Positions 49,201 through 62,807 of a stretch of DNA of 64,000 bases are shown here, one piece after another. This stretch comes from Oopsacas minuta (Eukaryota; Animalia; Porifera). The notes under the pieces were generated by a model. That model saw only the letters and a program-made list of their open reading frames with translations. It was not told where the DNA came from and made no database searches. The DNA lies in contig JAKMXF010000044.1 of assembly GCA_024704765.1 (NCBI GenBank), positions 868,001 to 932,000 of the forward strand, written 5' to 3'. The first letter of the stretch is position 1, and the number at the start of each line of letters is the position of its first letter. A program made the position numbers and the translations under genes.

Positions 49201-51044
49201 ATGTGTTTGTTGAAATACTCCTGTAGCTTCTCGTTAGCATAATTTATGTTAAACTGTTCGAAGTGATTCTTCCCAAAGCTCTCAAATCCGAATATATCCA
49301 ATACACCGATTGATAACACCTAATAACCAATTAATACATTCTTGCTATTTAAAATATTTATAAATGTCATACACACTATTAAGGACAGTAGAATTCGGAT
49401 AAGACCTGCTCATTAGGGAAACAATAATTATTAAGTATTTCCGATTGTATGTCTTATCCATGTTCTACTGTTTATGTATTATAATACCTTCTGGTGATGT
49501 TTCTTTGATATACGTTGATTAATCTTACTATTAATCCATCTGAAGCTAGTAGAGTATAGAGCCATTGACACAGAGTCTCTTGAATCCTCTGCTTGTGACA
49601 CACTCAAAGGGGTACTGATCTCCTCCCCTCTCAGCAAACGGAACTTGTGAGTTAGTGCACCGGATAAATCTTTCTCATTAACACCCAGTAGATTAGCTGT
49701 TAAGGATAGGACATCTGGGTTAGATATCTGAGCACCTCCAGATGTGAAGAACTTTACATTTCCGAGATGTAAGATGGCTGCTATAACAGCTGTAGACAGA
49801 TATAAATATATCTCTATCTTATCATTTATATACAGTAGAGTTCGTCTATTAGCAAGTCGTATTTTGCGCGAATTTCCCTTGCTAATTCGCGAACTGTTAT
49901 TAGAGGAAGTATTTCAAATACCAAATGGACATTAAGCACCTATTGGTAACAGGAACACTACTATATAATATAAACTCACTGAGCAGATCCTGTATCTCTG
50001 ATTTAGGTACGTGTATTACTCTCAAACCTTCCAGGACAGATTTAAAATCATCTGCATCATTCTTCCCATGAACCTTAGAAGAACTCCCTCCTTGATTCAG
50101 ATAATAGAAGTCATTACTGTCCCCGTCTCCTAGCTGGAACCTCTCTCTCTCCTCTTTATCACATCCTTGTAAGAACTCGTAAAAGATATGAAAATTACGC
50201 TCTCCAGGATTTTGTTTGGATATTCTATTCTTCTCTAACAGATAGTCTGTAATATAGCCTCCTACCATATTGCCAGAATCCTGATTGAAGTGTAGCTGAA
50301 TATACTTCCCGAATCTAGAACTGTTGTCGTTATGTATAGTTTTAGCATTTCCAAATGCCTCTAGTACAGGTCCGCTCTGCTGTATAGCTGCCTATAACAC
50401 AAGAAATTACACGTATAATCTGATTATTATCATAGTTATTAAATATTACACACCTCTACTTTAGCACTAGCTCCCGTGCTGTTAGCGCCCTGACTAAGAT
50501 AGGTTAGAAAGCTGAGAATGAACTTTGTACTCTCGGTCTTTCCAGCTCCACTCTCCCCGCTAATAAGCAGACACTGGTTCCTATCCATTCTCCACATAGC
50601 AGCGTATGCTTCATTTGCTATAGCGTAGATGTGTGGAGGCTTCTCTCCAAGACGAGTACCCTTGTAGGCTGCCATCTGTTCGGGCTCGTACACACCAGGG
50701 ATGAAATAGTATGGATTGACTGCACATAAGATAGATCCGATACTAGTGTATATTACAGCCTGTTTGTATCTTAGTTGTAAGTTAAGCAAGATAGCAGACT
50801 CGTGTAGGTCAGATATGGATGACATGTCATCTAGTCCCTCTAATACAGACTCAGCTATTGGGTAGGTAAGGTCATGAGTGAGGTCCTGTTGATGAAAGAG
50901 CAGATCGTCTCCAGTAGAAGATGGTTTGAAGGGAGAATAGAATCTGATACTACCTCGTGACACAGAGGTAACTTGGACAGGTATCCATCCAAACTCTCTG
51001 TCTCGTAACCAGTGCCAAGTTTGTTCTTTCCAGAAAAACGACAT
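43241..51044 (-). CDS. MYO10: Myosin-X-like unconventional myosin (motor, IQ, SAH, PH x3, MyTH4, FERM), multi-exon
   Basis: GESGAGKTES, IGVLDIFGFE, YFVRCIKPN, IQ motifs, an ER/K helix at 47140-47310, PH domains at 45320-46580, MyTH4 (LRSEIFCQLIKQT) and FERM. Confidence 0.9.
48472..48555. mobile_element. Short hAT-like MITE in a myosin intron
   Basis: CAGCATTTCCCAACCTTTTTCAC ... GGAACTGCTG; same family as 14765. Confidence 0.55.
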
Positions 51045-53277
51045 ATTGTATAATATTCTTCTACAGTTAAACTATATTATCAATGCAATGAGGTATTTGT
51101 AGACCGTCTATAAACTCCCATAGGACATAATACAAATTTTGTAGACTGATAATTACCCACATCAACAAATGGTACTCGACCCACTCAGCATCACACTCAA
51201 CTTTTTAATATCTCTTCGGGTCAACACTACACAAATAGACGGTCTATAAATAAGCTTATTCATTATCAATATACCAGTGGCTTAGTATCAATTCTGTACG
51301 TAGTAAAAGCAACCATTACAAACGCTGAAACAAATCTTGAGAATATACCTAGAAGTGTATTATTATATTGCTTCTGCACAGACAAGAGTGTAGCTGATAA
51401 AGGGATCAATTAGTATAAATATTACCAGAAAATATAGAAATTTTGTGTGTGGTTTCTTATTCCAAATAGAGAAATTTCAGAATAACCAACAAAATTGTTA
51501 TGATACGATTACTTATGATGTAATAATCATATACGTAACACTGCAGCAGCAATTATTGATTCTTAGTCTGCTAACTAGCAACTGAGGGAAGTTGACTGTT
51601 TTAGAGTCTAAACTAATTGGAGCATGCTGATTCCAAATCTGAAATCCAACATATCACGTCACAATTTGATAATATGCAATTTGCAATACATATTGCTAAA
51701 CGTATCTCAGTATATTCAGTCATACGAATTTATTAATGGATTTTTCTAAACAGCAACCCCATGACACGTCACTAAATAGGTTGCTGGTTAGAAAGATCAT
51801 TTATTAAATTTTTTAGCAATTTTACAAATTTTCAAGTTACGTGTTGAATATTATGACATGATCCATGAAATATATCGGACACTTCAAATTCGGATTCAGC
51901 ACTCCAACATTAGACTAAAGCCGCTTCACAACACGAGGTACAAAAAATTGTGTTGCCCAGTGTATTTTAAATATTACGTAACTAGTAAGCCATACACGAT
52001 ACAACATTGTTGCATGTAAATTTGTTTTTGGGAATTTAGAGGGAAATTTAGTTGCATTATGTATGGTAAGAGTTGCATGCAACAATATTGCAACCAATTT
52101 GTTGAATGGAAATAGGAACATAATCTAATTATCGGCAAAATGTTGCATGAAATTTATATTTTCATTTAACATTGGTACAGGGCGTAGATTTCCTTTGTTG
52201 CAAGCGTATGTAACAAATCTATGGCAAGCGTTACAACGAGAAATATAACTAGGAGAATCAGCTGATACATGGGCCGGCTAATCGGTACTAACTTATACTT
52301 ACTACTCTAATATTAATAGGTAACTTACGGAGTCACTAGGTCTATACAGAGAAACGAGTGAATTATTCCCAATCGGCCTACTCCCATGTTATTTTAGTAA
52401 AATTTCTGCCAATTAGAAGTATAAATATTAAAATATATGTAGATTGAGAATAAAACATCCTTTAATCTATAACAAAAATTATTTCATGACGAGTAGGAGA
52501 ATTGACACAAATTTCTAATTTGTAGGCGAATTGCGAATATCCACATATACAGTAAGGACGGATCGGATGCAGAAGGTAAAAAATCTTTTGCAAACAGAAA
52601 GGCTTAACCACTGGAAATAGTGTATGCAAACACTGAATAGCGTTACATACCAGAACGCTCTGCAATCGTTCGTAAATCTAGAAATTAAGTTTTTTCAGAT
52701 CGCTGTTAATATTTCAGATACATATTAAGATCTCTTAGCAATCACCTTGACTTGCATATTGGATAGAGAGTACTGGGTCAAAGAATAATTTTGAATGCAA
52801 TTCACTTCCACGTGTCTATACGCCGTTCGCGGTTGCGACTACTCGGGATGATAATTTGTGTTTTGCTTTGTTGTTCGGGAATCATTCCATCGACTATTCG
52901 CGCGCTTTACCCTACACACATCAGCAATTTGATAGGACATTCCTAAATATTTCCTATATTTTCTATTACCATCACATGTATTGAGTTTGTATTTTCCCCA
53001 TTAGCATTATATATATCATGTAACTCACTACTTCAAATATTGTAGTTTTTATGTGTTTACAGGAACGTAACCCCCTCGAACGGCGAGGGATACCTGTATT
53101 CTATGCGGGAAGATACATCTGTATAATTATATATATTTAATAACAACTGATAAGTAGATCTAGATTCTACATAACAAGAACAGATTACTAATTACACATA
53201 ATAAGTAACTGCAGAAATAAGTCTACTCCAGATCCTGGTCATTATGCACCCGTATTCATTCGAGTAATGACGTCACG

Positions 53278-54306
53278 TTATGTTTGTCCTACCTCTCTTC
53301 TAATCTGACTGAGCTCCATCAAGAAGCTACTAATAGACTGGTAGTAGCCCGGACATTGCCAGGTAGTATTGTGTGTACCTCGTAAGAACTGTTTCATGAT
53401 TTTGTGATCAGATGGACAAGTATGGAATAATGTGTTCATCATAGCTGGTGGTATCAGGGTGTCAGATTGACCTGATAGGAATAGGAAAGGGGCATGTACT
53501 CTCTCTATCTTCCCTAAACTCTCATATTTATTTTTAAACAGAATCCTAGGTATATAATAGAGAGGGGAGAACAGCTTAGCACTGATATCCATAATACTAG
53601 TGAATGTATTTTCTACTATAATACCAGCTATATGACTTCTGTATTGAGGCTGACAAGCTAGATCGATAGCTACTGCTCCTCCTAGAGATCTCCCGAACAG
53701 TACGATCTTCTGATTATCTATATCTCTCCTCTCCACCAAATAGTCAAGGGCAGCTTGACTGTCCAGATAGAATCCGTGCTCGTATGGATAACCTTGACTC
53801 TTACCATATCCTCTATATTCCACTAACAATACGTTACATTTGACCTGATTATATAGACCGTGTACATTAGCTAGTCGGTGTCCTATATTACCTGCATTAC
53901 CGTGGAATATAACCATAGTATGCATCTTAGAGCAGAGAGGGGCAGGCTGAGCCATGAAATAGGCGTTGATCAGTAGGCCGTCTCTTGTGGGGATACTCAG
54001 ATCTTCAAACGGGAGGTTATAAGTGGTGGGTCTCATTATGAAGAGACGAGATGTCTCTGGTTCTTCTGGGTAGTAGAGCAAGTTGTCTTGTATTTGGTAG
54101 ACAACACCCACTAACACAAATATTAGCAACAGAAAGAAGAACCATCCCCCCTGGGTCCAGTAGAGGAGTACACAGGTTAGAACAGCTAGACTACACCCCC
54201 TCCAGCCCTGAGACAAGTAGTGAATCAGTGCATGTGTTTGTGGAAACTCTGAAATAGATAGAGACGATAGATGGAGGATACCAGGTAGGTTTCTAAGCAA
54301 ATACAT
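53278..54306 (-). CDS. ABHD13: Alpha/beta hydrolase ABHD13 (start placed at ATG 54306; ORF track extends to 54384)
   Basis: QDNLLYYP, FHGNAGNIGHRL, LLVEYRGYGKS, nucleophile elbow GRSLGG, VENTFTS, GTHNTTW. Confidence 0.9.
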   Translation of the reverse strand: MYLLRNLPGILHLSSLSISEFPQTHALIHYLSQGWRGCSLAVLTCVLLYWTQGGWFFFLLLIFVLVGVVYQIQDNLLYYPEEPETSRLFIMRPTTYNLPFEDLSIPTRDGLLINAYFMAQPAPLCSKMHTMVIFHGNAGNIGHRLANVHGLYNQVKCNVLLVEYRGYGKSQGYPYEHGFYLDSQAALDYLVERRDIDNQKIVLFGRSLGGAVAIDLACQPQYRSHIAGIIVENTFTSIMDISAKLFSPLYYIPRILFKNKYESLGKIERVHAPFLFLSGQSDTLIPPAMMNTLFHTCPSDHKIMKQFLRGTHNTTWQCPGYYQSISSFLMELSQIRREVGQT

Positions 54307-54384
54307 ACTGGAGATAGGAATGTAAATTACAGGAGTATATACAGTTACACAAAAAGAAATCAATAACTCAAACATATTTATCAA

Positions 54385-55296
54385 TCAATCAATCTTCTCA
54401 AATGAAATAATCCATAATTGCAAGTACTCATTTCTTTCATACTCAATATTCTGTATATGCTCTAGTTTAATTCTATCCCAGGTAATTATGACCTGTGAGA
54501 GTTTGTTGCGTAACTCTTCTAATCTCAGGAATAGTACGTCATAAGGCCCACTACATGCAGATAGCGTAGAGATTGAAAAGTTAATTCTTTTCTCCAAGCT
54601 CAAATATAGCTTAACATTACGAGACATTAATGTATCAGAAATTAACTTATAAATACAGTAAATAAAATCCTCAACTCCTTCAGTATCATAAATAGTATCA
54701 CAAGCAAGGATTACGTCACTCTTAGCAAGAAGCTCTATCTGGGAAGCATTAAACACGAATTCTTTGAGGGGAGATTGGTCTTCTAAAGGTGGGCAAATCC
54801 CTCTCTTCCAATCTAACAAACCTACATACACTTTAGCATGAGAATGTACTGATAGGTTATATTCTATATTATATCTACACTGACATAATACTGGAGCTGA
54901 GTTATCAGTAGCAAACACTACAGAGGCGAGATGAGCTGCTGTGACAGATGTCAAACCAGTTCCTGATCCTAACTCAAGAACTACATGCTCCTGGATAGAG
55001 ATAGGATTACTGAGTAAGTAATCACACATTATAATACTTCCATTCCACACCTGTAGTCCTGCTAGAGAGAGAGGTGATGAGTTACTGTGACAGATTGTGA
55101 CAGCAAGGTTGTAGCGAATATCTCTTCTAGATACGTCTAAATCTCCATCTTTATCAATACAGGAATTCTTATGATTAGAATATTGATTTTCTAGACAAGA
55201 TAAATTTAGTAAGAATCTAGTCTTGTTAAGGTTATTTGTATCATACTCTTCTGGTACTGTATGTACTTCTGAAGAACATATAACTTCATCTGACAT
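54385..55296 (-). CDS. METTL22: METTL22-like seven-beta-strand methyltransferase
   Basis: DKDGDLDV, GLQVWNGSIIMCDYLL, VLELGSGTGLTS, ILACDTIYD, SLEKRINF. Confidence 0.8.
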   Translation of the reverse strand: MSDEVICSSEVHTVPEEYDTNNLNKTRFLLNLSCLENQYSNHKNSCIDKDGDLDVSRRDIRYNLAVTICHSNSSPLSLAGLQVWNGSIIMCDYLLSNPISIQEHVVLELGSGTGLTSVTAAHLASVVFATDNSAPVLCQCRYNIEYNLSVHSHAKVYVGLLDWKRGICPPLEDQSPLKEFVFNASQIELLAKSDVILACDTIYDTEGVEDFIYCIYKLISDTLMSRNVKLYLSLEKRINFSISTLSACSGPYDVLFLRLEELRNKLSQVIITWDRIKLEHIQNIEYERNEYLQLWIISFEKID

Positions 55297-55799
55297 CTGA
55301 AGTATTACTTATATGTCAGTTTCCTGCAATATCTAGTAACCGATAAAAGATTGTCAACCGTCTTAGACAGAGTCTACAATAATATAGTAGAAATGGTCCC
55401 TGAATGGAATACGAACAGTAGAACCTTTCTGATCCGAGACTTAAGAGTTGAATCGGATTCAATTTTTAGAAACCCGGAACCAAAACTGAATTTAATCATA
55501 TAAATTTTGCAAAGAATTTGTAACTGAACCCGCCGGGATTACAGTGGGTGGATTATGCAAGTTCACTGTATTTCTGGAGAACATATAACTTTAGCTGACA
55601 TTTCGATTTCTATCTTGACTAGTAGTGGGCGGGCTGTCTGTCTGACTGACTGGTACATATACACTTAACAAAATAAATAACCTCTTTCTCACTTAATATA
55701 ACGTTCGGAATAATTAAACAGAAATAATATCTGAACAATGCAATAATAAGAATAATACACACATACACATACATAGTATTGTTATATATAACATTCATA

Positions 55800-56267
55800 T
55801 CATAAGTTCTCCATTCTATTCCTCAACCATTGAGAAGAAACAAACCAATATCTACCTGGCCAGAATATAAACCTCCCTATCCAACTCACCTGTCTCTTTG
55901 GTGAAATCACATGTAAGTGAAGGTGTGATTGTGTACAGAAAGGAGGCCAATGGAATCCCATAATTACTTCATCCTCTTCTACAGAGCCTCCCAATTGTTG
56001 GACGGTCTGGAGTCCAGATTGTTCCATACGAGTGAGGAGAGGGAGCTGATCTCTTCTGAGGCGTGAAGAGTCGGGGAGGTGCTGCTTAGGAATTACTAGT
56101 ATATGGTAAGTAGAAGCTGGACGTATGTCTCTTATACAAAATACTTCCTCGTCAGAGAAGAGTATTTCACCAGGAGAGGTTCCATGTAGGATTCTACAGA
56201 ACACACAACTATCATTCCCACTTGCTGTATCTATGCTGGAAGCAGACGAAATATCCTCTTTAGCCAT
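55800..56267 (-). CDS. HINT3: Histidine triad nucleotide-binding protein 3-like
   Basis: CVFCRI, RDIRPASTYHILVIPKQH, GFHWPPFCTQSHLHLHVISP. Confidence 0.9.
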   Translation of the reverse strand: MAKEDISSASSIDTASGNDSCVFCRILHGTSPGEILFSDEEVFCIRDIRPASTYHILVIPKQHLPDSSRLRRDQLPLLTRMEQSGLQTVQQLGGSVEEDEVIMGFHWPPFCTQSHLHLHVISPKRQVSWIGRFIFWPGRYWFVSSQWLRNRMENL

Positions 56268-56508
56268 TCTATTGTATTATTCTATAATCAATAAATGCCT
56301 AGGAAATGGCAAAATGCACAATTTTAACATATAGTAATCCATAACATACCTAAACGGTACACCATAGAATATACGATGTTGCATTTGTTGCATGCAACTA
56401 ATTTTCACTCAAGATTCAAACAAACAAGTCGCTCTAACAAAATTGATCGTATATGGTAGACTTAAGAGACTGTGTCATGGGCCAAGATTTTCAAACCATA
56501 ACAAATGT

Positions 56509-56587
56509 AAATAATTTAATTAATTACACATGTAGGTTTTAATTATAAAATAATTTAAACCTACATGTGTAATTAATTAAATTATTT
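56509..56587. repeat. AT-rich palindrome: 31-bp perfect stem, 1 mismatch, 6 more bp, 3-nt loop
   Basis: AAATAATTTAATTAATTACACATGTAGGTTT and its exact reverse complement were checked base by base. Confidence 0.95.
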
Positions 56588-57225
56588 TTCTCATCTGCGG
56601 ACCACCTCTGGTCCAATTTATGGGGTCCGCGGACCCCATGGCCATTTAACATAATATAAAGTTTTTGGGTTGACGAACCACCTAGGGGTCGCGGACCTCA
56701 GTTTAAGAATCACTGATATAAGGAATCCAGGATCCCTAATAATCAAATTTTCATATGTGAGTTACAAAGTTGATCTGGAACAACAAATCTTAGCTTTGTC
56801 AGCAACAAATATTTACCTGAACCATAGCTTAAGCAAAGAACTTATACATAGCTTAATTAGCATTGCTGTGTTGAACCTACAGCTCCAAAGTATTAGATAA
56901 CTTTTGGGCGTAAAATCTAATTACTAATTAATTAATTAATTAAATGTGTTCAGTTTTGTGATTCTCAATTTTCCCACGAAATACATCATCAACACGAGCA
57001 TCTAGCATCTTCAGGAGTATCACTACTCATATACTCGTAATCGTATCTTTGAGGCCCCATTGTTAAGAAGAATAAATAAAATCATGAATATAAAATACAC
57101 ACCATCAGTTCTGAATATAGCTGGACAGTCACAAGAGCGTCTAAAATACTAATACTAATAGATTGTAGCTGAATAGTAGAATAATAGCCAAACAATTAGA
57201 AAATTAACAAATAATCTAGCAGATA

Positions 57226-60200
57226 TCAATTGGGAGATGGAGTCTTTCTAGAATTTTGTTTCTTAGCGTAGAATGACTGCTTGAACCGCCCTGTAGTAAT
57301 CAAATCGCCAAATCCCTTGTCATGAGAGAACGCGTAGCCAGTAGCATAACGGATAGCCTCTATGGGGGAGCGTTGTCTCCCTATCTTGTCACGGATAAAT
57401 ATGAGAGGTGTTTTCAGAGATCTATCTTTTGTCATTTCTTTCTGCACATCATCAGCTAAAGACGGGTTAATATCTCTGTATAGGAATCTGAATGCCATCA
57501 TAGGGAGTATGCAGACTGCAATAGCAAGACATGCATTTAGCCAGAATGTAGTATTAGCAAGCACGAGCTCTGCAGAATATACAAACGGAAATCCATTGAT
57601 CCAGTAAGGAGCGACTGAATAAAAGGGAAAAGATGTAACAATTAGTACATACGGGAACCACACCAATATGCTACCAATATTAACAATAAACGCTAGTATA
57701 GTCCAATACTCCATGTCGAATCCAATCTGAATATTCACAATAGCAGTTAGAGGAAATGTAATAGCTAAGAAGAAATAGAATGAAGTGTCAGTCTCCCAAC
57801 CAGTTCCCTGATAGATATTGTAATAGAAAGATCCAAAACAGATGAAGAATATCACCAGAGAGACTATAGCTCCTTTCAACAGAGCAAAGAAGAATGAATA
57901 TTTATTGAACAATATCCCCTTCTGTCCAGCTATGTATAGCCGTGGATATTTGAGTAGATACTGGTCTGTCACATCTTGATCAGTTATCCCCATCAGTATA
58001 ACAGGTATTGACGTGAATAATACGTTATAGAGAGCTATGTAGTAAGGCTCGAATACTGCGTTAGCTGAGAACCCATTGAAGAACCCGTACCACACATGAC
58101 ACCAAGTAAATGCAAAGTTTTTATAAAAGAAATATCTGAGAAATTTAGCCATTCGAAGATAGGACCATCTCCCGTGTACCAGTAACAATCGTTCTAGGAA
58201 TCTGAACTGGGCGAATGAGAAGTCACTCACCAGGACAGCTTGCTGACCTTCTCTTCCACTTATCCCCACACCAATATGAGCAGATTGTATCATACCTACG
58301 TCATTAGCCCCGTCTCCTATAGCTAGTGTGATAACATTCTTCGCATTCTTAACCAGTGTTACAATGGTAGCTTTCTGTAAAGGTGTAACTCTACAACAAA
58401 TGACAGCTTGACATAATGACGCTACTTCGAGGAATAATTTAGATAGCTTTCTGTCCAGTGCAAACTTGAGACTAGCCCCACTGATTACAAATCCAAACTT
58501 ATTAGACTTATTCTTACCAGCAGAATGTAGATCTGCTAATGCGGTCTTAAGCTCGTCCTCTACTTCATCAAATGATGTACCTTCTATAATGAATATATTT
58601 TTCATATCGTTATTCAGTATATGTGCGGAGTATCCAATATTAATAGCTGTCTCCTGCTTGTCACCTGTCAATACCCAGAGTTTGATGTTAGCCTCTGCTA
58701 AGCTAGCAATCGTCTCGGGTACACCGTCCTGTAGCTTATCCTCTATAGCAGTTGCACCTAACAACACCAGGTTCTGTTCAATCAGTTCATATACCTCACT
58801 TAGTTTATCATCCCTGTTCTCAAGAGAGAGGTTTGCTTGTGTGTGTGCTTCATTCCATTCCTCAAACTCTTTTTGTGTCAAATCTTTGTACGCAATCACA
58901 AGCGTTCTCAAACCATCTTTAGCAAAGAACTTCAACTGACGGGTGAGCTTTTCTCTCAATTCGTGAGAGTCATCACAAGTTCTCTCGAAAAGAACATTAT
59001 CTGCTCCCTTGCAGTACAGTCTTATTCCTCCATTAGGAAGACGAACAATTACAGACATTCTCTTTCTAACATTATCGAAATCTAGGATAGCTAATACTTC
59101 TAGCATCTCAACTTCGTATTCTTGGGTCACCGAATTATACACCTATACATAACATTATGTTATATTGGATACCGGTTATAAGAACAATCTCCTGGTAATA
59201 GGTTCACATATACAGTAGTTCTTACTCAAATAAGAACTCGGGTTAAGACGTACACTCGGTTAATATGTACTAATTATTGTTTCCACAAGGGGTATGCTTA
59301 TGCCAGTTCCACTGTATCTACGCCGTTAAAGGAACATATCAGCAATTAAGACAATGGGTTATGTAAGAATATACGTATTATACTATTAACCAATAACTGG
59401 TACAACATAACTACATACTATATTTAACTCTCATTATATCGAACCTCGAGGGACCGCGATAATACTTCGATACAAACGATGAAATCTATTTACCTTGATT
59501 GTTGTACCATTTCAGACTTCGATATATCCGTGTTTGATTTAACGCGAGTAGACTGTAACTAGAAAATATAATAATATAGTAAACATACCTTTATAGAGAT
59601 AGAATTAGAACTTCTTTCTGCGAAAACAATCCCTAAATTCCTAGCAGCTGTAACCAGAGCTTCCTCGTCAGGTGACTGTGCGTTGTATGACAGTTTGTCT
59701 ATATCCCCATCAGCCTCAGGAAGTATAGTGTGACAAATCGCAAGAGCAAAGAAGAAATCTAGTACTTGTTGATCCTTGTTGTGTAACACATCCACAAGAG
59801 TCTGATCATGGAAGGGCTTGGCTGGATCATGATACTCATTCCATGAAAAATCCACCTTCTTGTATCTAGGGGGTGTGGGAGGTAGTTCTAAGCCTAGGTC
59901 ATCCCCTGAAGTTTTGTAATCTTCATCAAAGTCACTTTCTAGAAATCCGTACATTTTCCCTGCAATAGAGCACTTAACCATAGTCATTATATTCTCTGTT
60001 AGTGTGCCTGTCTTGTCTGAGAACACATACTCAATATTGCCTAGCTCTTCAGAGAGTGTGGTAGTGCGAGCACGTGCCCTAGTGTCTAGCTTCTTGTAGT
60101 AGAGCTTGTGATCGAAGCTGATAAGGTAGCTCTGTCCCAGACGTATGAACTCAATAGATACGTATAGAGATATGGGTATGAATGTGTTCAGGATTATAAG

Positions 60201-62129
60201 ATTACTGAAAAAGTTCAGGAACGAAGTGAATGCGGTGTGTACTACAGCAAGATCTATGACAGATTGATCATACGGTAGGTAACCAGATGCATCGAAATAT
60301 TGACCATACAGCCACTCCCATACTCCATTCCCTATAGTTACCAGTGATACTGTCACCAGTAGTATAATACAGATGGCAAACACGTAGTAGTTAGTAGCTC
60401 TGTCTAGTCGAGTGCGTTTATAGTGTCTCTTGCCTGAATTCTGATGTACTTTAGTATCTGGACCTGTGTATAGGAATACGAATGATTATTATTGATACAC
60501 TAACAATGTAGTCAGCTAAATAGAACCAAACAACCTCGATCATTACCAATACTGGGTATAAGTAATCGAGTTAAATGGAACTGAATAATGACTATTTTAT
60601 CAAATATGAAATTACAGTAGGCCCTTGATTATCCGTCACCCCGGTTATCAGAACAGCAGGAAGTTTTATTTGGAAATTGTGAATATTTTATTTCATGAGG
60701 TAGTTTCAGACCACTTTAGTATTAGTTTTTCGGCGATGTGATAATTTGAGGCTCATATTGGTATAAATATGCAGTCAAATATCCCAAATTACAAATCTAA
60801 TTTTCGTATATTCCTGAGCAGTGTTTGATTTATGAAAATATTCTATTAAATTTATCCGAACACCATACAGAAACTTGAAAGTAAAGGACTAAAGGTATTA
60901 GAATAACCGGGGGGTGTATTGATACCTGCAAACACAACAAGTCCGTTAACCCATCTCGTATTACGGACTCTACAACCTCTTAATAGAACATTATCGTCAT
61001 TGAATGCATAATACTTAGATTCTTGATCTCCATCTTTCCTCCACTCGAAGTAGCCCTGGAATTTGCTTAACACGTTGTTAGGAGGTTCTGTTGTGAATTC
61101 GCCATCAAACTTAGAGAGGAGATTTTCATTGTCTTCTATCTCAGCTGTTTCAATAAGAGCCTAATACAGCAAGGTTACATGACGTCATAATGCTGCACAT
61201 TAAATAATACAATATACTCACCGATTTGACCTTGAGGTTAGTCTCCCCGTCAAGCTCAGCTGTTTCAATATAACAGAGACTATTAGGCTCACTGGATGAG
61301 ATTATAAACAGATCGGCTGGTATAAAGTCATCTCGATTCAACTTGATGATGTCGCCAACTATCACATGTTTCCATTTCTTGTGCACAAAGGTCCCAGTTG
61401 CTGGACCAAGTGCCCCGTCTCCATAGGTCTCTCGTGTAACTTGTAGTACCTATAGAGTATCAGATAATTATCATAAGGATATACTTAAACAGCAACTCCT
61501 GTTATATCAAACACTGATATATCGTGTTACATCGAAGTCTAACACTGTATACAACTAAGGCCCAAAACCGTCAAAGTAACATCAATTTAATTGGTTACAT
61601 CGAAGTAAGGATCACGGTCCCTTGAGCTTCGATAAAACGGGAGCCGACTATACTTATACCATCTGATACAAACCTTGACTAATCTGTTGTTAATTTTGTA
61701 ATCGCTGATATGTCTGAATAGGTCATCAACTCCATCCTTTATTAGAGTAGTGCCGAGCACGAATAAGAGAGGAAGAATAGTAGTGATTGGTGTTAGCGAG
61801 CTGATTTGAGGGATAAGCTGTAATATCAGTAGAAGTGTAAAGTAGATATTAGCTACACGCTGAAATTGCTCAAACAAGTTCTTAGGAAGGAATGTAATAA
61901 TGTTGTAACGAGATGTAGATATAGAGTTTTCAAAATAGTTCCATCTTCTGTTATAGACAGAGTCATTAGCTCTTATGTGTCTATGATGGTACATGGGTCT
62001 TTTACCTAGTATCCATAGCAGAGGGTTCATCCGTTTTGGAACCTCAGCTTCCGCCTCTCCCCTCTCATCCTCGTTCTCTACCACCGGCTCATCAGCCGTT
62101 ATGGTTTCATTAGTGTTTAATTCAGCCAT
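57226..62129 (-). CDS. ATP8B: P4-ATPase phospholipid flippase, ATP8B-like, about 5 exons
   Basis: [77 protein letters not shown]. Confidence 0.92.
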
Positions 62130-62807
62130 ACAACACCACAACAACTAACAATACCTAATTGTTCTCTATTTGATTATATATGGAAACAAGCATATAGCAG
62201 CATGTTTGAATTAGTCAAGGTGTTCAGGCTTGTGAAAAGGTCACCTTAAATGACCCTAAAGTGACCTGATTAATCTTGATACCTGATAGGTATGAAATAT
62301 TTTTCACGGTGACCTGACCTGACTATGTAGGAAAGGTTGATGCAATTTACCAATTAATATTAACTATTAATTGTTCAATAGTTTGTACCGTGGAATCTTC
62401 TATAAGTAAATTAAATATAGATATATATTTGTACGTACTAGTTACTCAATTCAAACCTTTTAGGGTTGAGAAATAAATTGAATCATTAGTTTATACTTTA
62501 TAGAATACTGCTAATGTATTGAGAACCTATTGAAAATTTTACAGAATCCATGGAAGATAATTATTTATGGCAAAAGTAGAGATCATATGATATGTCATAA
62601 CTAATCTGGTAACTATTATTGAATAAAGTAGATTCATACTAATGGCCATTCCTTACAAACCTTACTAACTAATTGTAACGATTTTCGGACAAGTGTTTCG
62701 TGGAAATAGGGAGAGGAGGAGCCTAAATAATTCCCTGAACTTCCATTATTACTATATGGTACCCCAGTATAGTAACAAGCGAAATATTATTCCAGGGTTC
62801 TGAATCA

